From Octopus vulgaris (Eukaryota): 64,000 nt of DNA. A model generated the notes under the pieces. That model saw only the letters and a list, made by a program, of their open reading frames with translations. It had not been told where the DNA came from and made no database searches. How positions within the stretch are numbered: the first letter of the stretch is position 1; each line of letters opens with the position of its first letter. Made by a program: the position numbers and the translations under genes. The stretch covers positions 42,160,001-42,224,000 of the forward strand of contig OX597828.1 of assembly GCA_951406725.2 (NCBI GenBank). Direction: 5' to 3'. Shown in pieces: positions 12,318-23,150 of the stretch.

Positions 12318-12849
12318 CAGGGTGTTCAAAATGTCTGCCTGCAGAATTTTTTTTTCATCGTGCTCATCACCATGGCGCTACTTCAAGAGTTTTTCGTTGA
12401 ACGGATTATTTAGAAGGGACTTTAGCCACCAAGATCAACTGAGTTAACACCGCCAGACATTTTTTTCTTGGGAACACGTAAAGGATCAGTGTACAAAAAT
12501 TGCCCGAAAACTATACGGGTTGTTTAAGGATGTTGAACGAAACACCCATATTTCCAGCGGTGAATTATCCAAACCTCAAAGAATCCCTCTCAACACATGG
12601 CTATGATGCTCCCCACTACTTCTGCTCGTGATCAGAGATGCACATATCGTCAGCCACTAAGGGACATGGTCAAGTGGTTAAGGTCAAACAACTGACAAGC
12701 AAATCTATGATATTGAGCAGAATATTTGCTGTAGCCAATCTGTTATACCAAAACAAAACAATGTACATGATTACACTTCCAATCAGTTAAGATCAGAAGC
12801 CATGCGAGCCACTGCCTGGTACCCTCTGCAGAGAGACTTTTTGAACACC

Positions 12850-12852
<3 letters not shown>
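12318..12852 (+). mobile_element. Tc1/mariner-derived non-autonomous element (duplicate of 8798-9334)
   Basis: CAGGGTGTTCAAAA...TTTTGAACACCCTG TIRs. Confidence 0.8.
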
Positions 12853-12940
<88 letters not shown>

Positions 12941-14771
12941 GGTGTTGTTTCTATTGTTGCTGTTGTTGTTACAACATGAACTTACACTTGCAATGCTTAA
13001 GCTTTGAGACAAGTATATGACTACTGGCAAGATCAACCAGCTTTCACCGCGATTCAATCGTTCTTTTGTCATTATTAAACTTGTTGCATCGTTACTCAGT
13101 GAATATTTTTTACAAAAAAACAAAAAAACAAAACTTAATTGCATTGAGAGGGTGTTTGTGTGCAACATGAGAATGCTTACGCTTCATGCTACATTGCCAG
13201 GGTCAGAGCAGGTCGAACAGATGTATTGATGAAAGGTGAATGCCCTGTCTTTTATAGAAGCATGTTGCATTTACGACTGTGTTATTGAGTTGTGCTTTTG
13301 TTATATAAATGTGAGGTGTTGTTTAGTAGAAATTTGGTTGCTCTTTCCTGTCAGGTAGAATGAATCGAGTCACGGTCTCCCCTTCACCGTCTGACGAGCC
13401 CTCTAGTTGTCTGTAGAATAAAGATACCGCACTTCGATGCCTGAAGCGAAAAGATTTCCACATCTCTGTCTTCAAAGTAAACCTCCACCCACGTCGTCTG
13501 ATGGGGACTGCTATCTCGTTGGTGCAGAAGAAGGCTTTCTCGTTTGAAGAAAATGGTTCCCTTGTTGCCCGCCCGAAGCGGAAAATATTCCTATATTTAG
13601 TCCCTACAGTTTCTTAGATGAAATATTGTTGGTGTCGACTTGTACCTGTTAATTACCTGGATTTTTCTGCCGAGGTGTCGACTTCGCCTTTCATCCTTTC
13701 AGGTATCGATAAAAATGAGAACTCGTATAGCTCTGGCATACAGGGAAGAAAAAGATGTTTTAAGCATCATTTTTATGAGGAATGTTTTTTTTTTTCTTCT
13801 ATATAAATTGGGTTTCCAGGAATATTCAATATAGTTTCCTCTACTGGGGGAGAAGAAAAAGCTTTTAACAAGAAGGGAAGTGGCACCGATTATCTCTCTT
13901 TAGGAAAGAACTGTGTATCAACTTTTGAATACACAGAAAGCTGACAGAAAACAATCCGAAATTAATATAAACTGCTCTTCATAAACATAAAGACTGAGCA
14001 CTGTCTGTTTTTTTTCTGGTGAACTGTACTACTCAAATTCATGAAACTCACCTCTACATGGGAAATGGAATAGAAGGCATTGCAATATTCAAATTTATTG
14101 AAATCCAAAAATAAATGAGATAATAGGAGTGGCGTAGGAATGGCTGTGTGGTAAGTAGCTTGCTTACGAACCACATGGTTCTGGTTTCAGTCCCACTGCG
14201 TGGCATCTTGGGCACCAGCATAAACCCTGTTGTAGCCGTCAGGATCTTTCAGAAAATTCTCCACTGGCGTTCTACTTCACCGAATCTTGTCGGCAATCTT
14301 CCAGTTACTCGTTCCTTACTCTTTCAGAGCAATAATCTTACCTTTTTCAATTTCGGAAAACTTCGTAGTTTTAGACATACTGAAAATCTAATCTGGATTA
14401 CAGAGAATACGACTGAGTCGAATATTTTCCGAACCAATCTGGAAAGAAATGGAAATGTATTAGTGGCTTTATAGTTTTTAAGTGTTGGTGTGTTCGGGAA
14501 AACCTGGAAAATCAGTTGTGATAATAAAGGTGCAAGTTTTACACTTCAAACTGTTCACGAAATACCCATTTACAATATATTGTGTCGCTTGGTCCCCTTA
14601 AGTAGAGGCAAACTTCTAAACAACTTAAAAAGACATGTGGTATTATTGTTTTGAATAGTAGTTTACTTGCAAGTGCGGCAAGTCAAAATTTTATAACTGA
14701 AAATAAATTTGCGCAACATAAACATCAATAAAATACACACTCACGCTCACTACCTGTCAAAACAAATCTTT

Positions 14772-15176
14772 TGTATTCTAGGCACAAAGCTCGAATTTTT
14801 TTTTTTTTTTTTTTTGAGGGAGTGGCAGTTGATTAGATCAATCGCAGTACACAACTGGTACTTAATTTATCCTGAAAGAATGAAAGGTAAAGTCAACCTC
14901 GGTGGAATTTGAATTCAGAACGTAAAGACAGGCGAAATAACTATTTCTATTTCTTTACTACCCACAAGGGGCTAAACACAGAGAGGACAAATAAGGACAA
15001 ACAGATTAAGTCGATTATATCGACCCCAGTGCGTAACTGGTACTTATTTAATCGACCCCGATAGGATGAAAGGCAAAGTTGACCTCAGCGGAATTTGTAC
15101 CCAAAACGTAGCGGCAGACGAAATACTGCTAAGCATTTCGTCCGGCGTGCTAACGTTTCTGCCAGCTCGCCGCCTT
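14772..15176 (-). mobile_element. Meta-domain SINE (dimeric)
   Basis: Reverse complement of the GGCGGCGAGCTGGCAGAAACGTTAGC head and two Meta-like units. Confidence 0.85.
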
Positions 15177-15292
15177 TTTGACTGTATTATTTGTTTTCAC
15201 AAAGTCCCAGTTGCGTACTTGGGTCGATGTAATCGACTGGTTCCCCCCCCCCCCCAAGGCAATTTCTTAACAAAGAAAAAGGAATAAACTTG

Positions 15293-15739
15293 GTATATTA
15301 TTTACAATGGACGGATAGGTGTCCTCACCTTGTATGTTGTTATCACAACATTTCGGCTGATGTACTCTCCAGCCTTCATCATGTGTTCTGGTGGAATTTC
15401 GAACCCAACCCCTTATTTGACTAATGGAGAACTCTGTTCTCCTTCCTAAGGTATGTTACTGATGCATTTATTTTATTGATATTACTTTTTTCGCCTGGGA
15501 TTATACTTAGAATCTGGATGTTAATAGTCCCCGCTCTTATCCACTACGCTATATTCCCGTGGTAAATTATAGAATAAATTTTAGGGCTTATAAACCTAAA
15601 ATTTTACCTTTTCTCAATATCGCTTGGATTCGAAGTTCCACCAGAATACCTGATGAAGGCTGAAGAGTAGATCAGCGGAAACGTTGTGATAACAACAAAT
15701 AAGGTGAGGATATCTATCCGTCCATTATAAATAATGTAC
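15293..15739. mobile_element. Inverted pair of PLE-type terminal repeats with hammerhead cores
   Basis: 15293-15408 is the reverse complement of 15624-15739; CTGATGAAGGCTG..CAGC.GAAACGTT lies at 15650-15685. Confidence 0.75.
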
Positions 15740-15954
15740 ATACTTCCTCGTCTCAAAAATATAGAATAAACTTTATATGTTTAACCAAGAGAAGCAAATT
15801 TTTACTGCATTTCTTTATTAAAGAACGAATTAAGAGAAAGTTATCTGTTTAGGGGTCGCTAAGCAAATCATGGTTCCCCATGCTTTCAAAATAATATTGA
15901 GCGTTATTCTTTATATACATATATGTGTGTATATATATATATGTGTATATATAT

Positions 15955-16190
15955 ATACGACGGGCTTTCAGTCTATATTTGTGCGGTTGTCCCACCACTT
16001 GCTTGACAACCGATGTTGGTGCGTTTACGTCCCCGTAACTTGGCGATTCGGCAAAAGGGACCGACAGAATAAGTACAAGGCTTACGAAGAATAAGTCCTG
16101 GGGTCGATTTGTTCGACTAAAGGCGATGCTCCAGCTTGGCCGCAGTAAAAAATGACTGAAACAAACAAAAGAATAAAAAAAATAAAAGAA
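15955..16190 (+). mobile_element. SINE family B, 3' half
   Basis: GCTTGACAACCGATGTTGG...AAGGCGATGCTCCAGC..GACTGAAAC. Confidence 0.8.
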
Positions 16191-16844
16191 AATTATTTTG
16201 ACAAGTTTTTTTTTTATACAATTCTTAAATATTAAAAAATTATAATAATTTTTTTTTTAATTATTAAACACCGAATAGCTACGAGGGTCCACCCAAATAA
16301 AATAGGAATCTAAGGGGGTCGATAGGCAGAAGAAAAAAGTTAGGGGGGTTGAATTTGAAGATACAAACAACTGCACAGCTAAAAAGAGCATGACTTATAA
16401 ATTAATCAGAAAGTAAGGCGTGGGTGCACTGACGCATATAACGCAGGGAAAAAAGCACAATAACAAAGCCATGAAACCAGTTTATTGTATGCAACTACGC
16501 AGCTAAAGTTGTTACTGTACCTGCTGTTGCAGTCGGCTGCATGAATAAAAAAAACAACTGTTGCACAATATACAAGAACCTAAGGGCGTTGACATCCGCA
16601 AGACAATAACTGGCTTTGCTTGACCTCTTTTCAAAGGTCAGGCTGTTTTTCAATTGCAAGTAACTTTATGATGCAAGTAGATCTTTGTTAACTATTTGCA
16701 ATCCCACACAGAATGTTTCTACTCCTGACGAAATACTCCACAGTGAAATACTCTGAATAAAGATTATTGAATAATAAAAATGATGATGATGGTGATGCGT
16801 ATGGTTGTTTTTAGGCATTCACTAGTACAACACTAAGTACAAAG

Positions 16845-16962
16845 CCAAATATATGGCACCCTAGGCATAACACCAACATGAACTTCCAACTTGTTGTCTC
16901 TTGAGGTCTCTGGGTGAGACTTGGAGCCAGCTTGTGCAAATGTAAAGCAAAAGTCAAACATA

Positions 16963-16965
<3 letters not shown>
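16845..16965 (+). mobile_element. Probable 3' end of a Dong/R4-like non-LTR element ending in (AAT)n
   Basis: GTCTCTTGAGGTCTCTGGGTGAGACTTGGA runs directly into an (AAT)n tract. The family assignment is inference. Confidence 0.45.
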
Positions 16966-17033
<68 letters not shown>

Positions 17034-17039
17034 GTGATG

Positions 17040-17099
<60 letters not shown>

Positions 17100-17100
17100 G

Positions 17101-17660
17101 TAAATGCCCTGATGCAGTACCAGACAGGGGGCTCTCGTGGCTTCTGATCTTAACTGATTAGAAGTGTTATCATGTACATTGTATTGTCTCGGTGTAAAAG
17201 ATGGGCTACAGCAAATATTCTGCTCAATACCACACATTTGCTTGTCAGTTCTTTGACCATAACCAGTTGACCATGTCCCTTAGTGGCTGACGATATGTGC
17301 ATCTCTGACCACGAGCAGAAGTAGTGGGGGAGCATCATAGCCGTGTGTTGAAAGGGATTCTTAGAGGTTTGGATAATTCACCTTTGGAAATATGGGGGGT
17401 TGGTTCAACATCCTTACACAATCATTATTCAGGGACCTTTTGAGCGAGATGGACTACTCGACCAGAAGAAAATTCTAACTGGGCCCCACCTGCAAGGTCA
17501 TGCGCTGTTTATCTTCATATGAGATCACCATGTCGCGCACATATGGTTGTGATGCATGTACCTGGTGTGCCCTTATCAGACGGGTAGTCATGATGAGTAT
17601 ACTGGGCTTCGTATATTTTACCTCAGTGTCACTTTGATGGCATGCACTGCTCTCTCATTC
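17101..17660 (+). mobile_element. 560-bp non-coding interspersed element embedded in (AAT)n
   Basis: Flanked by long (AAT)n on both sides; four other partial copies in the window; no ORF. The orientation given is arbitrary. Confidence 0.8.
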
Positions 17661-17670
17661 AATAATAATG

Positions 17671-17821
<151 letters not shown>

Positions 17822-18314
17822 TAATAATAATAATAATAATAAAATTAATAATAATAATAATAAAAAATTAACTTACTTCCTCCACCAAAAGTGCTGGCCT
17901 TGAGTCAAAATGTAAAACTAATATTCAGCATGTTATTTCTGATAAGTATTAATATATATACATACATGCATGCTTACATACATACATTATATATATATAC
18001 ACACAAAGACACAGACCCATACACACACACACACACACAAACACACAAAGCAAATGAATCTATGAAAGAGTGAAGTAACTTTTAAGTGGTTATCACCTGC
18101 TAGAAATAGCACACATAGGCCCGTTCTAGCTTCTTAAACAAAGAAGGACACAATGAACTACATCGAAACTGATATAAAAAAAGAACAAAAAAAAACACTG
18201 GATTATCATGAATGGGACGTCTTTGGTCACACGTCTGCTGGACTGAGATTGACCCTGGGCTAAACAAAAGCAGCATGTACAAGATGATCAACGATATCGT
18301 CATCATCATCATCG

Positions 18315-18367
<53 letters not shown>

Positions 18368-18806
18368 GTCGTCATCATCATCATCATCATCATCAACAAC
18401 AACAATAACAACAACAACACAATCACAAAAAAACACACCAAAGACAGGAACAATCGCTAACGACAAGAACTAAAGCAGCTGCAACAACAACCACAGCAAC
18501 AACAACAACAACTACAGCAGCAACAACAATAACAACAGCAAAAACATCATGTGTATCGTCATCATCATCATCATCATCCTAATCAACAACAACAAAAACA
18601 GACAACAACAATAACAACAACGACAAGAACAACAGCACCAAGGACAGCAATGGTTGTTATCTACACCAGAACTGAGAAATGGCGTGTGAAGACAATGGCG
18701 GGTTTATCTGAAACTGAGCGAATAGTTTGGGTTGAGAAGTCTGTGGAACATTAAATGATGACGTAATTCATAGACACACGGAAATACATACATACACACA
18801 ACATGC

Positions 18807-18839
<33 letters not shown>

Positions 18840-18893
18840 TATATACTTACATATATATGTATATATATATATACATACACACATATATATATG

Positions 18894-18924
<31 letters not shown>

Positions 18925-19001
18925 ATATATATATGTATATATGTATGTGTGTATATATATATATGTGTGTATATATATATATATATGTATATATATACAT
19001 A

Positions 19002-19141
<140 letters not shown>

Positions 19142-19191
19142 CATATATATATATAGAGATACACACACACACACACACATATGTATGTTTG

Positions 19192-19470
19192 TGAAGATGC
19201 GTAGCTCACTGGTAAGGGTGTTGTACTTGAGGTCTCAAGATCGTGGTTTCGATCCTCAGATCGGCGGTCTGTTGTGTTTCTTTCTTGATGATTGAAGCCC
19301 TTTCCCGTCACTTCAGTCCACTCACCTGCCAAGATGTAACTCTTGCAGCAGACTGGTGTTCCATTCAGTGGGAATGTTTGCCTGATCGCCAAACCAGTGA
19401 GTTGGCATTATAAAAAGCTACAATGCTGTGAGCTAACGCATTGTAACCTGCGGTGTACAACAGCATCCGA
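19192..19470 (+). mobile_element. Old tRNA-derived SINE with a Nin/Deu-like domain
   Basis: tRNA-like head (GCGTAGCTCACTGGTAAGGG...GGTTTCGATCC), then CAGTCCACTCACCTG...GCAGCAGACTGGTGTTCCATTCAG. Confidence 0.6.
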
Positions 19471-19487
19471 ATATATATATATATATA

Positions 19488-19716
19488 ACGGGAAGCTTTA
19501 TGAAAATAGACAAAAGACGAAGGCAGGTGGAAAACAAACAAACAATTGTATTAGTATGGCGCTCAGGAAATATAAATAAAACAAGTCTTTAACGTTTCGA
19601 GCCTACGCTCTTCAACAGAAAGATACACAGAGAGAAAAAAACACAGAAAAGGAGAGAAAAAAAATGCGTGCAGTAACTAACGAATCAACATGGCGATCTG
19701 ATTTCGGCCAGAGGTC
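19488..19716 (-). mobile_element. (TA)n-embedded PLE-type repeat with a minimal hammerhead-like motif (19586-19623)
   Basis: Minus strand TCTTT-CTGTTGA-A-GAGCGTAGGCTC-GAAACGTT-AAAGA; paralogs at 29277 and 41207. Confidence 0.7.
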
Positions 19717-19859
19717 ATATATATATGTATGTATGTATATATATATACATGTGTATATACATACATAATTATATGTATAATATATATACATATAGATGCA
19801 CATATATGTGTATATAAACATATATAATAATAAATAGTGTATTTATATATTTATATCTA

Positions 19860-20040
19860 CAGACATGCATATATGGGTATAGGACGTCATCGACAGTGCA
19901 AACAACATGAAATACGTAAACAAACGAGTTAAATACGTTAACAGCGAGAAAAAGATGGAGAGCAGGACAAGTAAACAGAGAAAAAGGGCCCTTCATCAGT
20001 TGTCGGCTCTCTACATACACCTCATTTCGAGCATTCAAGG
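19860..20040 (-). mobile_element. PLE-type repeat with a truncated rearranged hammerhead
   Basis: Minus strand GCTC-GAAA-TGAG...CGACAA-CTGATGA-A-GGGC; related to 62200-62420. Confidence 0.6.
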
Positions 20041-20291
20041 GTTTCCGTACTCACGGGCATAGACCAGACGGGAAAGGTCTTTGTATATTTTTGTTGGTCG
20101 TAATTATACATAGCAGAATGTAATTACTGACCAAAAATCTCATTTTTATTTCTTGAAGAGTTTTTCGTTTTTGTCTTTGGAATTAATTAAACTCCAAAAC
20201 AATTTGTAGAATGTCCATTGATTCTGTACCAACTTGGATTATGAATTTCAGTTCGTCTACACATACAATTTTTCCTTTCTTTATACTTCAG

Positions 20292-20368
<77 letters not shown>

Positions 20369-20602
20369 CATATGTAATAATAATATTAGGGAATATTATT
20401 CCAAACTTACAAGGAAAGGTGTTTTTTTTCTAATTCATATATATACATACATACATATATATATGTAAGTATCTAGACAGATATATATACACACACACAT
20501 ACACACACCCCTATATATACAAGCATGTATATATGTGTATATATTACATATATAAAGTATGGAAATCGATACAAATGTGTCTGTGTGTGTATATATATAT
20601 AA

Positions 20603-20643
<41 letters not shown>

Positions 20644-20838
20644 TATATTTATTTTTTATTTTTTATTTTTACCGTTATTGTTTTTACGTTTTTGTATTCT
20701 TATTGTTGTCACGTATTCTGTATTTTTGTTCGTGTACTTCGTTCGTTTTCCGTCCTCGTGTTGTATACATTCGAAGCTTTCTTCCAGGGGATCTAATGCA
20801 CTTGGCTTAGATTTCCCTTGGCGGGCTGCCCATATCGG

Positions 20839-20900
20839 AGCAATCTCAAGATTAATCAGCCGAAATTGCTAAGATGATCTGGTTCTTGACTGATGACTGA
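20839..20900 (+). ncRNA. Candidate non-circularly permuted hammerhead ribozyme (copy 1)
   Basis: AGCAAUC|UCAAGA..UCAG-CC-GAAA-UUGCU..UCUUGA-CUGAUGA-CUGA: stem III 6 bp, stem I 6 bp, stem II 4 bp. Confidence 0.6.
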
Positions 20901-21616
20901 GGGCTTCGAATGTCCCGTCCTGTGGTTCTTGTGTCGTCTCTGTGGCGTTTCATGTTCTTGTCCATGTCTGTAATTATTTTTACTGTTTACCTATATAATC
21001 GGCGGCTACGTATCCACAATTATCCTTATACGATAAGTATATTTTTTCTCAAGCATTGATACGACTCTTAATCTTTCTTCTCTCTCTCTCTCTCCTCCCT
21101 TATTCCCCCTCCTTTCTTTCCCTCTCCATCCGTCTCCCCCCCTTCTACGTTTCTCTATCTCTCTCACCTCCAGCCCCCTCGATCTGTCTCTTTCTTCTCC
21201 TCCCTCGTCCCCCTTCTCTCTCATTTCATCTGTCCCTTTCTCTTGTCTTTTGTTCTCACGTGACCGCTAGCCGCTGTTGAGCGCTCTTTTCGTTCCAGCA
21301 GCCGCTGAAGCAACACGTATTTGTTCGTCTCCCTGTGGCCATTAGGCACAACTTCATAAGCCAGCCCCATACTCAATTCGTCCTGTCGAAAGACCCTTGT
21401 CCTACGTCCTGGTTTTGTTTTGTTGTTTATTTTTTATTTTTTATTTTTACCGTTATTGTTTTTACGTTTTTGTATTCTTATTGTTGTCACGTATTCTGTA
21501 TTTTTGTTCGTGTACTTCGTTCGTTTTCCGTCCTCGTGTTGTATACATTCGAAGCTTTCTTCCAGGGGATCTAATGCACTTGGCTTAGATTTCCCTTGGT
21601 GGGCTGCCCATATCGG

Positions 21617-21678
21617 AGCAATCTCAAGATTAATCAGCCGAAATTGCTAAGATGATCTGGTTCTTGACTGATGACTGA
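21617..21678 (+). ncRNA. Candidate non-circularly permuted hammerhead ribozyme (copy 2)
   Basis: Identical to 20839-20900, 778 nt downstream. Confidence 0.6.
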
Positions 21679-21767
21679 GGGCTTCGAATGTCCCGTCCTG
21701 TGGTTCTTGTGTCGTCTCTGTGGCGTTTCATGTTCTTGTCCATGTCTGTAATTATTTTTACTGTTTA

Positions 21768-21809
<42 letters not shown>

Positions 21810-21915
21810 ATTTATTGCTTTTGTATTTGGTTTGCAAGATTCGTGATGTGAAATCATGTTGTGTCTTAGGAGAATAATTATTAGTAGCATAATGGCTCTC
21901 TCGAGACACAACACT

Positions 21916-21953
<38 letters not shown>

Positions 21954-22219
21954 GTTTGTATGTATGTATGTATGTATATATATATTAATATATATACATA
22001 TTAATATATGGTTTTTGCAGATAATAAATTTTTTATTACATGTTATTTATCCATTTTCTTCCTTTCTTTTTGCATGATTATAAACCATGATTTATATATA
22101 AACCTATTGTTTTATGAATATTATTATTGACAACAAATATTATGCATTAAACCAGTAATTCATTGGGTGATAACATCCTTTAATAAGGCTAATTTAACCT
22201 CTAATTGAATTCATATATA

Positions 22220-22316
<97 letters not shown>

Positions 22317-22342
22317 TTAGATACATAAATAGACAGACAGAC

Positions 22343-22406
<64 letters not shown>

Positions 22407-22506
22407 TTAGATAGAAATATTGGTAGATAGATTGATAGGTAGATAGACACAGACAGACATATATATATATATATACATACATACATACATATATATATAT
22501 ACATAC

Positions 22507-22554
<48 letters not shown>

Positions 22555-22557
22555 ATT

Positions 22558-22726
22558 AGAGACAAAACCACTATTTTAAAACCAAACAAGGAAAGACTTA
22601 ATCAATACATAAAATTTTAATATAAATTAAATAAATAAATTTATTTATTTTATTTAATTTATATTAAAATTTTATGTATTGATTAAGTCTTTCCTTGTTT
22701 GGTTTTAAAATAGTGGTTTTGTCTCT
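22558..22726. repeat. Near-perfect foldback palindrome (~78-bp arms) between (TA)n tracts
   Basis: AGAGACAAAACCACTATTTT... / ...AAAATAGTGGTTTTGTCTCT. Confidence 0.9.
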
Positions 22727-22799
22727 TATTATATTATATAATATTTTACTATAAAATTGGATTTAACCCTAAATCTGATTTTTCCCTGTAATTTTGGAT

Positions 22800-22860
<61 letters not shown>

Positions 22861-23150
22861 GACAGATAGATATATATATATATATACAAGCTCGTTACCA
22901 CACACACACACACAATCAATATAACCCGAAGGGAATTTCAGTGTCTATTTTGGTCATCCACCCCGCTCGGGTTCGAAGACTGTGATGAAAAGAGGTGAAT
23001 GCATTTAAGCTTAAGACTTGCGTTTCTATATGTAAGTTTGTTTATTTGTGTGCGCGAGTGTGTGTATGAACTCGCGCATGTATGTATATGTGTGTCTGTG
23101 TGCGTTTAATTGTTGTTAAGAAATATCTTATGCAATATATTTTTAGACTG

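Larger units (their letters stand above)
8731..14610. repeat. Tandem segmental duplication (copy 1 8731-12250, copy 2 12251-14610)
   Basis: Near-identical sequence restarts at 12251 with AACT junction microhomology; copy 2 lacks the equivalent of 10632-11905. Confidence 0.95.
20648..21775 (+). mobile_element. PLE partial-tandem / retrozyme-like element: 350-bp direct repeats (20648-20997, 21426-21775) around a 428-bp spacer
   Basis: The repeats differ at one position seen (20822 C vs 21600 T) and are flanked by (TA)n. The spacer begins with a PLE-like ORF C-terminus remnant (IR*VYFFSSIDTTLN). Confidence 0.8.

Noticed and set aside
17110-17340. U1 snRNA-like words in the AAT element
   Set aside because: Only short matches (GTAGTGGGGGA); no collinear U1 similarity.
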